Source: an uncultured Planctomycetia bacterium (lineage in GTDB: Bacteria; Omnitrophota; Gorgyraeia; 2-02-FULL-51-18). From it: a stretch of DNA of 64,000 bases. The notes under the pieces are model-generated. The model saw nothing but the letters and a program-made list of their open reading frames with translations, searched no databases and was not told the DNA's origin. The position numbers and the translations under genes were made by a program. Position 1 is the first letter of the stretch. Every line of letters begins with the position of its first letter. The stretch spans positions 22,802 to 86,801 of the forward strand of contig CAYSKO010000002.1 in assembly GCA_964431835.1 (NCBI GenBank), read 5' to 3'. This document shows, one piece after another, positions 38,518 to 47,382 of the stretch.

Positions 38518-39284
38518 CTTCTCAGTTTATACCCGATCCTGAAAAGCCGCTCGACCCCAATGAAGAGCCCCACCGCCATCGCCGCAGCCAGCGCCATGCT
38601 GACGCGCACATCCACGTCCGACACGCCGATCATCCCGTAGCGAAGACCGTTCACGAGGTAAAAGATGGGGTTGAGCCGCGTCACGATGCGAAGCGGCTCG
38701 GGAACCATCGAGATACTGTGGAACACGCCGCCGAAATAGATGAGCGGCGTGATCACGAACGTGCTCCAAAACGAAAGCTTCTCGAATCCATCCGCCCAGA
38801 GCCCCACAATGAGGCCCAAACACGAAAAAACGAACGTGACCGTCACCGCGAAATAGAGGACGATCCACGGATCGTGGAACGCGAATCGCGTGAAACAGAG
38901 GGACACGAGATAAACCCCTCCCGCGGCGATCAGCCCCCGGCAGATGCCGCCTGCCAGAAGCCCGAGCACCATCTCGAAGTACGACAAGGGAGACAGGAGG
39001 AGCTCCTGGATGATGTTGTGCCAGCGCGAGATGAAAAGCGACGAAGACGTGTTCGTGTACGGCGCCTCGATGAGATGCATCATGACGAGACCGGGGATCA
39101 TGAACTGGAGATACGGGACGCCGCCCTCGACCGCGCCGACGCTTCGCCCGATTGAAAGACCGAACACGAAGATGAAGAGCGACGACGAGACCAGCGGCGG
39201 AAGGATCGTCTGCGAATAGACGATAAAGAACCGCACCACCTCCCGCTTGGCGAGCGTGCGAAGGCCGATCGGGTTGCCGCTCAT
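38514..39284 (-). CDS. ABC-2 permease (YadH-like)
   Basis: QTILPP, YLQFMIPGL, IQELL.SPLS, LNPIFYLVNGLRYG. Confidence 0.88.
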   Translation of the reverse strand: MSGNPIGLRTLAKREVVRFFIVYSQTILPPLVSSSLFIFVFGLSIGRSVGAVEGGVPYLQFMIPGLVMMHLIEAPYTNTSSSLFISRWHNIIQELLLSPLSYFEMVLGLLAGGICRGLIAAGGVYLVSLCFTRFAFHDPWIVLYFAVTVTFVFSCLGLIVGLWADGFEKLSFWSTFVITPLIYFGGVFHSISMVPEPLRIVTRLNPIFYLVNGLRYGMIGVSDVDVRVSMALAAAMAVGLFIGVERLFRIGYKLRS

Positions 39285-40012
39285 TCGGATTTCTCCCGGG
39301 TCAGCTCGAGGAACCGGTGCTCGAGGCTTTTGTCGCGGAGAAGCTCGTCCTTCGGCCCGTGGTGGACGAGCCGGCCTTTGTCGAGAATCATGATGGTCTT
39401 CGCGAGTTTTTCGGCCTCCTCCATGTAATGCGTGGTGAGGAACACTGTTTTTCCTGCGTCGTTCACGCGCTTCAGGAAATCCCAAATATGGTATTTCACC
39501 TCGAGGTCTGCGCCCGCGGTCGGCTCGTCCAGAATCAGTATCTCGGGGTCGTGGATGAGCGCGCGCAGAACGAGGAGGCGGCGCTTCATGCCGCCCGACA
39601 GTTTCCGGAAATCTTGGGCCCGCTTCTCGTAGAGCCCGAACTCGGACAGAAGCCGGTCCGCGCGCTCGGCCGCAACGTTCTTCGGCATCCCGAAATAACC
39701 GGCCTGGTAGATCAAAAGCTGGCGAATCGAAAGAAAAGGGTCGAAATTGAATTCCTGGGGGCACAGGCCAATCATCGGCCGCGTTTTGCGGTAGTCGCGA
39801 ACCACGTCGTGTCCGAATACGCGGATCGAGCCTTCCTTGAAATTGGAAAGGCCCGTGATCGAATGAATGGTCGTGGTCTTCCCGGCGCCGTTCGGCCCAA
39901 GGAAAGCCACGAAATCGCCCCGGCGAACCTCGAAAGAAAGGCCGTCCACGGCGCGCAGGTTTCCGTACGTTTTGACGAGTCCTTCGACAACGATAGCGTT
40001 CTCGGGCGCCAA
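39281..40012 (-). CDS. ABC transporter ATPase (YadG-like)
   Basis: GPNGAGKTT, LSGGMKRR, ILDEPT; TTG start with GGAGG RBS. Confidence 0.9.
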   Translation of the reverse strand: MAPENAIVVEGLVKTYGNLRAVDGLSFEVRRGDFVAFLGPNGAGKTTTIHSITGLSNFKEGSIRVFGHDVVRDYRKTRPMIGLCPQEFNFDPFLSIRQLLIYQAGYFGMPKNVAAERADRLLSEFGLYEKRAQDFRKLSGGMKRRLLVLRALIHDPEILILDEPTAGADLEVKYHIWDFLKRVNDAGKTVFLTTHYMEEAEKLAKTIMILDKGRLVHHGPKDELLRDKSLEHRFLELTREKSE

Positions 40013-40054
40013 GATTCTTCCTCCGGTTTGCTCTCTTCTTGTATAATACCCCGC

Positions 40055-40681
40055 ATGCCTCTGAAAAAGAACGCGAAAAAGATCAAAGTCGTGCTTTTCG
40101 ATCTCGGGAAGGTGCTTCTCCACTTCAACTTCGAACCGGCGTTCAAACGCCTGGCCCGCCACACCGACCTCACGCCCAAGGACATCGAAGATTATTTCGT
40201 CGTTTCGGGGCTTGAGGTGCTCTACGACGGCGGCAAGATATCCTCGCGCCGTTTCTTCTCCGAAGTGAAGAAGGGCCTGCGCCTTCGGATCGGCTACGCG
40301 GAGTTCGAGAAAATCTGGAACGGCATTTTCACGCCGAAGCCGGACACGATCCGGCTCCTCAAGCGCCTCGAGGGCCGCTGCAAGCTCGTCCTCGTCTCCA
40401 ACACCAACGCAATGCACTACGCCTACATCCATAAGAAGTACCGCTTCCTCGACGTCTTCGACCGCCACGTGCTTTCGTTCCGCGTGAAGATGCGCAAACC
40501 AGACCCGCACATCTACGAAACCGCGCTTCGGCACGCCGGCGCGAAACCCGAAGAGGCATTTTACATCGACGACCGGCAGGACCTCACCGAAGCCGCGTCC
40601 GAACTCGGCATCCGTTCGCACACCTACCGCGGCGACGCGGCGGCGCTCGAACGCGAACTTAAGGAGCTCTCCCTTTTATGA
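40055..40681 (+). CDS. HAD-family phosphatase (YihX-like)
   Basis: FDLGKV, SNTN, KPDP.IY, YIDD. Confidence 0.85.
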   Translation: MPLKKNAKKIKVVLFDLGKVLLHFNFEPAFKRLARHTDLTPKDIEDYFVVSGLEVLYDGGKISSRRFFSEVKKGLRLRIGYAEFEKIWNGIFTPKPDTIRLLKRLEGRCKLVLVSNTNAMHYAYIHKKYRFLDVFDRHVLSFRVKMRKPDPHIYETALRHAGAKPEEAFYIDDRQDLTEAASELGIRSHTYRGDAAALERELKELSLL

Positions 40682-41502
40682 AGAAACGCGCGGACGTTCT
40701 AGACACGGCGGTCCGGGCGGCCCTGGCTGCCGGTAAACTGCTCATGGGGTCGTACGGAAAACTCTCGGCCGGCCAAATCCATTCCAAATCGAAGAACGAT
40801 TTCGTGACCGACTTGGACCGGAAATCGGAGAAGCTTGTCGTCTCGGCGATCCGGAAAAGCTTTCCGGAGGACGCGATCCAAGCCGAGGAGGGCGGCGTGA
40901 CCCCCGGCGGCGGCCGCGTGTGGATCATCGACCCGCTGGACGGCACGTCGAACTACATCCACCAGATTCCGCTCTTCGCGGTATCGATCGGCGTGATGGA
41001 AGGCGGCCGCCTCACCGCCGGAGTTGTTTACGATCCGCTCCATAAGGAGCTTTTCACCGCGCGGCGCGGCAAGGGCGCATTCCTGAACGGCAAGCGCCTG
41101 CGCGTCACGAAAACACCCAAACTCGCGCGCGCATTCATGGCAACGGGCATCCCGTTCCGCGCCCACGACCGCTTTCAGCAGTACCTGAAGTCGTTCGAGA
41201 CCATTTCGCTTTCGTCGGCCGGCATGCGCCGCTGTGGCTCCGCCGCGCTCGACCTCTCGTACGTCGCGGCGGGCCGCTTCGACGGCTTCTGGGAGCTCGA
41301 TCTTTCGCCGTGGGACATCGCGGCGGGCTCGCTCATCGTCACCGAGGCCGGCGGGAAAGCCACGGATTTCTGGGGGAAAGAAGACCACTTGAAAAGCGGC
41401 GACACGCTCGCCTCGAACGGGGTGATCCACGGCGAGCTGCAAAAGATTCTGTCTCGTCTGGTCACGCCGCTCGGAAAAGACAAACTGTGTCCCTCCGCTT
41501 AG
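40678..41502 (+). CDS. suhB: inositol monophosphatase family protein
   Basis: DFVT..D, EE, WIIDPLDGTSNY, GSAALDL, WDIAAG. Confidence 0.9.
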   Translation: MKKRADVLDTAVRAALAAGKLLMGSYGKLSAGQIHSKSKNDFVTDLDRKSEKLVVSAIRKSFPEDAIQAEEGGVTPGGGRVWIIDPLDGTSNYIHQIPLFAVSIGVMEGGRLTAGVVYDPLHKELFTARRGKGAFLNGKRLRVTKTPKLARAFMATGIPFRAHDRFQQYLKSFETISLSSAGMRRCGSAALDLSYVAAGRFDGFWELDLSPWDIAAGSLIVTEAGGKATDFWGKEDHLKSGDTLASNGVIHGELQKILSRLVTPLGKDKLCPSA

Positions 41503-41906
41503 AAGACGACAAGATGTGCTACGTCTGCGGGAAGGATAACCCCGCAGGCCTCCGAATGACGTTCGAGCAACCTGAACCCGGCGTCCTCACCTCGACGTAC
41601 ACGTTCAAGCGGGAGCACCAGGGCTACAAAGGAATCGTGCACGGCGGGATGATTGCGATGGTACTCGACGAAATGATGATCAACGTGGGCTGGATCGAGG
41701 GCTTCCAAATCGTCACGGGAGAACTCACGGTGCGCTTAAAAAAACCCGCGTCGGTGGGGGAGTCGATCCGCTTCGAAGGACGGCTCGAAAACCGCGAGGG
41801 GAGAGTCCTTCGCGGGCGCGCCGAAGCCCGGAACGCGGCGGGCGAGATCCTTGCGGAAGCCACGGCCTCCTGCGTGCGGGTGCGGCCGCCCGCGGATAAT
41901 TCTTGA
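41487..41906 (+). CDS. PaaI/hotdog thioesterase
   Basis: CYVCG..NP.GL, HQGY.GIVHGG...LDE. Confidence 0.85.
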   Translation: MSLRLEDDKMCYVCGKDNPAGLRMTFEQPEPGVLTSTYTFKREHQGYKGIVHGGMIAMVLDEMMINVGWIEGFQIVTGELTVRLKKPASVGESIRFEGRLENREGRVLRGRAEARNAAGEILAEATASCVRVRPPADNS

Positions 41907-41939
41907 TCGCCGCTCCTCTCACGGAGTAAACTGATTCCC

Positions 41940-42119
41940 ATGCCTTACATCAGCCTTCGAGTCGCCGGAAAGCTCACGCGCGACCAAAAGAACGCGATCG
42001 CCAAAGAGTTCGCGGAAACTCTCGAGAAACACGCCGGGAAACCCAAAGATTCCACGTATCTCGTGTTCGACGAAGTCGACCGCGAGAATTGGGCCAAGGG
42101 CGAGAAGCTCCTCGGATAA
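41940..42119 (+). CDS. 4-oxalocrotonate tautomerase family protein (59 aa, absent from the ORF track)
   Basis: Hand translation MPYISLRVAGKLTRDQKNAIAKEFAETLEKHAGKPKDSTYLVFDEVDRENWAKGEKLLG; N-terminal Pro; GGAG RBS. Confidence 0.85.
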   Translation: MPYISLRVAGKLTRDQKNAIAKEFAETLEKHAGKPKDSTYLVFDEVDRENWAKGEKLLG

Positions 42120-42125
42120 CGCCCG

Positions 42126-42521
42126 ATGCCGATCGAAAAGCAGCTCTCGGTTTTCATGGACAATAAACCGGGGCGGCTTTCCGCGATCTGCGGCATGCTG
42201 GCCGAAGCCGACATCAATATCTTTGCGATGTCGGTCCACGACACCGTCGATCACGCGATCGTGCGCCTCATCGTGGACAACCCGACGAAGGCGCTGATCC
42301 TACTCGAGGAAGAAGGCGTCTACATCGTCACGCAGGACGTCGTCGTGCTCTCGACCGACAACCGGCCCGGCATCATCTCCGCCATCGCCAAAAAACTCTT
42401 CCGCGCCGACATCAACATCGAATACGCGTACTGCACCGCGACCAAGAGCCAGGATCACGGCTGTCTCGTCATCAAAACGAAGGACGCCGAGCAGACGCTC
42501 GAGATCCTCGAAGAAAATTGA
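42126..42521 (+). CDS. ACT domain pair protein
   Basis: QLSVFMDNKPGRL, DNRPG, INIEYAY. Confidence 0.88.
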   Translation: MPIEKQLSVFMDNKPGRLSAICGMLAEADINIFAMSVHDTVDHAIVRLIVDNPTKALILLEEEGVYIVTQDVVVLSTDNRPGIISAIAKKLFRADINIEYAYCTATKSQDHGCLVIKTKDAEQTLEILEEN

Positions 42522-42522
42522 T

Positions 42523-43176
42523 CTGAAACCCGCTCTCTTTTTCCTCTCGCTCCTTTTCGTATTCGCGCTGGTTTCGGCGCACGCCGCTCCTGAACGCCAG
42601 AACGGCGTCGTCACCGAAGCGTTGAGCGGCGACACGATCCGCCTGAAGGGCGGAAAGACGGTGCGCTACATCGGCATCGCCGCGCCTCCGCTCCAGAGCC
42701 GCCTGCCGCTCCTTCGCCAATACGGCGAGGAGGCGCGCGATTTCAATTCGAAGCTCGTTGCCGGGAAGACCGTGCAGGTGGAGTGGGACTCGCAGATCCG
42801 AGACCAGCACAACAATCTGCTCGGCTATGTCTTTCTCGAGGATGGCACGTTCGTGAACGAGGCGCTCGCCCGCGAGGGCCACGCCAAGGCGTACCCGCTG
42901 CCGCCGAACATGCGCCTCTCCGCCGCGATCCGAAAGGCCGAGCTCGAAGCGCGCCGCCAGAAAAAGGGACTCTGGAAAGAGGAGCCCGACAATCCTTACA
43001 TTCGCAGTGAATTCATCGGCGACAAGAACACGAAGCTCTATTATTTCCCGACCTCCCCCGAGCTCGAACGTATCGCCGAAGCGCACACGGTGAAATTCCG
43101 TTCGCGCGTCGACGCCAAAGCCGCCGGGTACCGCGCTTGCCCAACCTGCAAGGAAGAGGCCGAACCTTTTCTTTGA
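42523..43176 (+). CDS. exported thermonuclease with C-terminal Ada-like metal-binding domain (start approximate)
   Basis: SGDTI, VRYIGI.AP, LLGYV, KKGLW; C-terminal AKAAGYRACPTC; hydrophobic leader upstream of 42622. Confidence 0.75.
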   Translation: MKPALFFLSLLFVFALVSAHAAPERQNGVVTEALSGDTIRLKGGKTVRYIGIAAPPLQSRLPLLRQYGEEARDFNSKLVAGKTVQVEWDSQIRDQHNNLLGYVFLEDGTFVNEALAREGHAKAYPLPPNMRLSAAIRKAELEARRQKKGLWKEEPDNPYIRSEFIGDKNTKLYYFPTSPELERIAEAHTVKFRSRVDAKAAGYRACPTCKEEAEPFL

Positions 43177-43227
43177 TCCACCGGAGTTCCGCCGTTTGAA
43201 CCGCCCACATCCCCAGGAGATCGCGCG

Positions 43228-43428
43228 ATGAGAGGTATCGTGAAGTGGTTTTCGAACCAGAAGGGCTACGGCTTCATCACTCCCGACGGCGGCGGAAAAG
43301 ACGTGTTCGTCCACCACGGCTCCATCCAGGAAGACGGCTACAAAACCCTCGACGAGGGCCAGGCGGTGGAGTTCGACGTCACGCCGGGACCCAAAGGGGA
43401 GCAGGCGGCGGCCGTCCGTAAGGTTTAA
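43228..43428 (+). CDS. cold-shock protein (CspA family)
   Basis: GIVKWF...KGYGFI, DVFVH. Confidence 0.95.
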   Translation: MRGIVKWFSNQKGYGFITPDGGGKDVFVHHGSIQEDGYKTLDEGQAVEFDVTPGPKGEQAAAVRKV

Positions 43429-43438
43429 CCCTTTTCCT

Positions 43439-43482
43439 AAAGCCCTGCAAAGGCCCGTTTGAGGGCTTTTGCGGGGCTTTTT
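43439..43482 (+). terminator. intrinsic terminator
   Basis: AAGCCCTGCAAAGGCCC...GGGCTTTTGCGGGGCTT stem plus T-run. Confidence 0.75.
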
Positions 43483-43533
43483 CGTGCCCGGCGCGACTCT
43501 CTTCCTGTCCTTCCAATTCCATGGGGGCTTCCC

Positions 43534-43562
43534 TTGAAAAGGGTGGAGGGGGGTGCTATACT
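43534..43562 (+). promoter_or_regulatory. promoter TTGAAA-17bp-TATACT with extended TG
   Basis: Near-consensus hexamers; AAGGAG RBS before 43605. Confidence 0.65.
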
Positions 43563-43604
43563 TCCCCCACGTGTCCCCAACCTTTAGGAAGGAGCACTCC
43601 AAGC

Positions 43605-44027
43605 ATGATAGATCAGTCCGCAGCCTCGGGTTTTCAGAATCGCAGGGAATTCTTCCGCCTTAAATTCAACACGCCCGTCGAGTTCAAATCCTACTCGCCG
43701 AAAACCGACAAGAAACCGGCCTTCACTCCGGTGCAGGGAACGACCCAAAACGTGAGCCAGTCCGGGATACTTTTCCAGACCGGCATGAATCCGCCGCAGC
43801 TTTCGAGCATCCTCTGGATGAACGTCGACCTCCGGACTCTCAAAATCTGCCAGGAAATCGAATCCCGCGCGATCGTGTTCCAGAGCGGCGTTCTCGGTCG
43901 CGTGGTCCGCGTCGAAGAAGATCCGAAGGACGGCTCCTACGACATCGGCGTCTGCTTTCTCACGCAGGAACAGCGCGATTCGCGCGAAGTCCGCGAGATC
44001 CTCACGGAGCTCGAGAGCGCGAAGTAA
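43605..44027 (+). CDS. PilZ-domain protein
   Basis: RREFFR (RxxxR) and NVSQSG (D/NxSxxG) motifs; GRVVRV, IGVCF. Confidence 0.85.
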   Translation: MIDQSAASGFQNRREFFRLKFNTPVEFKSYSPKTDKKPAFTPVQGTTQNVSQSGILFQTGMNPPQLSSILWMNVDLRTLKICQEIESRAIVFQSGVLGRVVRVEEDPKDGSYDIGVCFLTQEQRDSREVREILTELESAK

Positions 44028-44035
44028 AAGCGGCG

Positions 44036-44069
44036 AAAAAACCCCCGCGAAACCCGCGGGGGTTTTTTT
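44036..44069. terminator. bidirectional-type intrinsic terminator
   Basis: AAAAAACCCCCGCG-AAACC-CGCGGGGGTTTTTTT. Confidence 0.85.
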
Positions 44070-44074
44070 ACGCC

Positions 44075-44103
44075 TTGACAATTGAACGGTCGTTCAATAT
44101 ACT
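44075..44103 (+). promoter_or_regulatory. lexA promoter TTGACA-17bp-TATACT with palindromic operator ATTGAACG-GT-CGTTCAAT
   Basis: Consensus -35; the palindrome at 44081-44098 fills the spacer and contains GAAC-N4-GTTC. Confidence 0.85.
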
Positions 44104-44129
44104 CGCCATAACAACCACAAGGAGCGCGC

Positions 44130-44714
44130 ATGACCGACAAAATCGACGTACCCGAAACGCTGAAACGGCTTCGCGGTTTCTACCGCCGCCACAAGCGCGC
44201 GCCCAACTTCGAGGAAATCCGCAAGCTCTTCAACTACAAATCCAAGAACGCCGCGTTTTGGCTCGTGAAGCGCCTGACCGAGGGCGGCTACGTGAAGAAA
44301 GACTCGAAGGGAAAGCTCCTGTTCGACACGCTGATGGGCGTGAAGCTTTTGGGCAGCGTACAGGCGGGTTTCCCGAGTCCGGCCGAGGAAGAGCTCGTCG
44401 ACACGATGAGCTTGGACGACTTCCTGATCGAGCATCCGGAACAGACGTTCCTCGTGAAGGTCACCGGCGATTCGATGATCGACGCCGGCATCCACGAGGG
44501 CGATCTGGTGGTCGTCGAGCGCGGCCGAGCGCCGAAGGTCCGCGACATCGTCATCGCGCAGGTCGACGGGAACTGGACCATGAAGTACTACGAGAAAGAA
44601 AAGAACGGCGCGGTCGTCCTCATCGCCGCCAACAAGAAATACCCGCCGATCCGGCCGAAATCCGAACTCACCGTCGGAGGGGTCGTCGTTGCCGTCATCC
44701 GAAAATACCGCTAA
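44130..44714 (+). CDS. lexA: LexA-family repressor with UmuD-like S24 peptidase domain
   Basis: N-terminal wHTH (P.FEEI..LF.YKSK), AG cleavage site in VQAGFPSPA, GDSM Ser, TMK Lys. Confidence 0.85.
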   Translation: MTDKIDVPETLKRLRGFYRRHKRAPNFEEIRKLFNYKSKNAAFWLVKRLTEGGYVKKDSKGKLLFDTLMGVKLLGSVQAGFPSPAEEELVDTMSLDDFLIEHPEQTFLVKVTGDSMIDAGIHEGDLVVVERGRAPKVRDIVIAQVDGNWTMKYYEKEKNGAVVLIAANKKYPPIRPKSELTVGGVVVAVIRKYR

Positions 44715-45993
44715 AGCGATCCTGCACGTCGACGGCGACGCGTTCTTCGCGAGCGTCGAGGAATCGCTCGATCCTTCGCTGAAGGGCAAGCCCGTGATCA
44801 CGGGCAAAGAGCGCGGTATCGCGGCGTCGATGAACTACGAGGCCAAACGCCGCGGCGTCACGCGCGCGATGACGCTCCGCGAAGTGAAGCGCGTCTGCCC
44901 GGACTGCGTGATCCTGCCGAACGACTACGAAACCTACAGCCTCGTTTCGAAGCGTCTTTTCACGATCCTGAAGCGCTTTACGCCGGAGGTAGAGGAAGCG
45001 TCGATCGACGAAGGCTACGCGGACATCACGGGCCTCAGGCGGCCGCTCCGCATGACCTACGAAGAGATCGCGCTCAAGATGAAGGAAACGGTGAAGAACG
45101 AGCTGGGCATCCCGGTCTCGATCGGCCTCGGTTCGTCCAAGACGATCGCGAAGATCTGCTCGAAATGGAAGAAGCCGGACGGTTTTTACGCGGTGCGAGG
45201 GGAGCACGACCTCACGCGCTTCCTGGCCCAGGTTTCGGCTTCACAGGTCTGCGGCATCGGCCCTAACACGACCGCGCTCCTGGGCAAGCACGGCATCTAC
45301 ACGGCGCTGGATTACGTGAGCCGCCCCGAACCCGTCATCCGGAAGCTGATGGGCAAGATCGGCTCGGAATTGTGGAGGGAATTGAGAGGGGAGTACGTTT
45401 ACCCCGTTTCCACGGCCGCCCCGCCGCCGCAGGCTTCACTCAGCAAGGTGAAGACATTCACGCCGCCGACCGACGATGCGGAATTCGTGCGCGCTCAGCT
45501 TCTACGGAATCTCGAGTCCGCGTTCATCAAGCTGCGCCGCCACGGCCTGCGCACGTCGAACATCTACGTATTCCTTAGGGATTCCGATTTCCGCGGCTAT
45601 TACGCGGGCGCCGAGCTGACCCGGCCGACGTCGTCGACTCTCGAGGTCGCTGCGGTGGCCGCGGCGCTTTTGGTTAAGATCTTCAAAAAGAACGTCCGGT
45701 ACCGTCAGACTGGCGTCGCGATGAACCGGCTCACGGCCGACGGCGACGTCCAGCTGGACCTGTTCGAAGACGGCTGCCGGGCCAAGGCCATGCGGCGGCT
45801 GTCGATGGTGGCCGACCAGGTCAACGCCCGGTTCGGCAAGCACACGCTGCACCTGGCTTCCACGGACGTCCTCGGCCGCTTCCAGCAGCATCTGGGCGAC
45901 CGCGGCGACCTGGCCGGCCGCAAGGTCGAGCTGATCCCCGGAGAGACCTTCCGTCAGCACATCAACATCCCGGTCTGGAAGATCGCCGTTTAA
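44689..45993 (+). CDS. Y-family DNA polymerase (DinB/UmuC-like)
   Basis: HVDGDAFFASVE, SIDEGY, KPDG, GIG; QLDLF clamp motif; D.VN.RFG tail. Confidence 0.92.
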   Translation: MPSSENTAKAILHVDGDAFFASVEESLDPSLKGKPVITGKERGIAASMNYEAKRRGVTRAMTLREVKRVCPDCVILPNDYETYSLVSKRLFTILKRFTPEVEEASIDEGYADITGLRRPLRMTYEEIALKMKETVKNELGIPVSIGLGSSKTIAKICSKWKKPDGFYAVRGEHDLTRFLAQVSASQVCGIGPNTTALLGKHGIYTALDYVSRPEPVIRKLMGKIGSELWRELRGEYVYPVSTAAPPPQASLSKVKTFTPPTDDAEFVRAQLLRNLESAFIKLRRHGLRTSNIYVFLRDSDFRGYYAGAELTRPTSSTLEVAAVAAALLVKIFKKNVRYRQTGVAMNRLTADGDVQLDLFEDGCRAKAMRRLSMVADQVNARFGKHTLHLASTDVLGRFQQHLGDRGDLAGRKVELIPGETFRQHINIPVWKIAV

Positions 45994-46020
45994 CCCTAAA
46001 CAAAGCCCTCCGAAACAAAA

Positions 46021-46125
46021 GTTATCCCCAGAAGACCGGGGATAACTCCGAAACTGAGTATCCTTTGACGTATCATCAAAAGAGTCGTTTAACGCGGGCC
46101 CGCCGAACATCCTGGGGATAACTCC
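46021..46125. repeat. three GTTATCCCC (DnaA-box-like) repeats
   Basis: 46021-46029 (+), 46038-46046 (-), 46114-46122 (-); GGGGATAACTCC is a direct repeat. Confidence 0.6.
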
Positions 46126-46139
46126 CCTTTATCCTCCCA

Positions 46140-46167
46140 ATGTCCTATAATGTAAGTTATGTAAAGT
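46140..46167. other. dif site (XerCD chromosome dimer resolution)
   Basis: ATGTCCTATAA-TGTAAG-TTATGTAAAGT, 11-6-11 layout resembling E. coli and B. subtilis dif; at the gene-strand switch. Confidence 0.88.
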
Positions 46168-46241
46168 ACAGTAGAGAGGGCAGACCCAGCTAAGCTTGTT
46201 TTAAGGCTGTCGGTGACGGACGCGGCGGGCTTTAAAGTAGT

Positions 46242-47375
46242 TTAGAGATTGTAGCTTTCGACGGCCATTCCCGAGCCGCCGGACGAGATCATTCCGGAAG
46301 GATTTTGCGCCACGTAGGTCATGGTGAGAGCACACTGCGTTCCCGTTTCTTCCAGGGTTCCGCGGGCGATGATCGAACCGGTAACGACGGCCGAATTATG
46401 GTTTCCAGACAGAGAGAAGTTACCACCCGCGTAGACCAAGCCCGTCGCGACCAGCCTCCCCTGGGCCGAATTGCCCGTACTCCGGATCGTGATGTTGCCT
46501 TGAGAGAGCATGGCCGGGTAATCGGCGAACTGCTGAAGCGTGGTCGTACCGCGCGAAATCGTGATGTTGCCGGTAGCGACCAGGCAAAGCTGAGTCGTGG
46601 ACTGAGCGTCCGCGATGCTGACGTTGCCGTTTACGAAGATCACGCCGCCGGACGGATTGACGGGCAGCTGGGTCGAAGAATTGTACGTCCTGTCGCCATT
46701 GTAATAGTAACCGTTCGTGGTCGCGATCGTCTGAAAATAATTGTAATCGAAGACGGGGAAACCCACGACGCTTCCGTAGTTCGAATTGAGCGACCCCGCG
46801 ACGTTGATCCCGCCCCCGGAAGAGGAAATTGTTCCGCCTGCATAAGCGTTTCCGGGAGTCGTCAGGTTAATTACCGCACCGGACGCGTTCGCGCGCATTT
46901 CGATGTTGCCCGTCGCGTAGATATCCCCGGTAATATTGCAAGTCGAATGAGCCGTCAGGCGAAGATCCATACTTCCCCCGCCGGCCAGAATATAGTTCAG
47001 CGCCGAGATCGTCGGCTCTTCGACCTCCGCGGTCACCGTGCGCGCCACGCCGTCCACGGTCCCGACGGAGCTCACGAGCGTACGTCCGCCGGTCGTGGCT
47101 ACCGAAGCGTCGTAAGCGCCGCCGGCGAGCGCGGTGGACGGAAAATTTCCGGGCGTCAGCCGGTTGTCCCAGTCGGCGCCGAGCGTCGAAAGCGCGCGCG
47201 CCAAGCCGGCCTCCGCCAAATATTTGGCCTGCATCGATTTCTTGAGACGATTCACGAAAAACATGTCTTGGGAGGTGAACTTGAAAAGCGAGCCGCCGAT
47301 GAGCGTCGTCATGAATATCGCGATCATCGTCGTAATGAAGACGGAGCCCCGTTGCGATCTCAGGTTGATTCGCAT
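46242..47375 (-). CDS. PilX-like minor pilin with beta-solenoid C-terminal domain (paralog 2)
   Basis: QRG/SVFIT without Glu5; QAKYLAEAGLARA; G..Y..GN repeats. Confidence 0.75.
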   Translation of the reverse strand: MRINLRSQRGSVFITTMIAIFMTTLIGGSLFKFTSQDMFFVNRLKKSMQAKYLAEAGLARALSTLGADWDNRLTPGNFPSTALAGGAYDASVATTGGRTLVSSVGTVDGVARTVTAEVEEPTISALNYILAGGGSMDLRLTAHSTCNITGDIYATGNIEMRANASGAVINLTTPGNAYAGGTISSSGGGINVAGSLNSNYGSVVGFPVFDYNYFQTIATTNGYYYNGDRTYNSSTQLPVNPSGGVIFVNGNVSIADAQSTTQLCLVATGNITISRGTTTLQQFADYPAMLSQGNITIRSTGNSAQGRLVATGLVYAGGNFSLSGNHNSAVVTGSIIARGTLEETGTQCALTMTYVAQNPSGMISSGGSGMAVESYNL

Positions 47376-47382
47376 GGTTTTA

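Noticed and set aside
39317-40054. N-terminal extensions in the ORF track (e.g. 39317, 3143, 17861, 20353, 34364, 54287, 55528, 58760)
   Set aside because: They overlap real neighbouring genes; downstream starts with RBS or translational coupling fit the family lengths better
44130-46167. Integrated mobile element (IMEX) at dif
   Set aside because: No second dif-like att site, integrase or rep gene was seen
46000-46240. oriC or CRISPR array suggested by the short repeats
   Set aside because: Genes converge here, a dif site is present, there is no dnaA/dnaN or cas gene, and the repeats are 9-12 bp with irregular spacing
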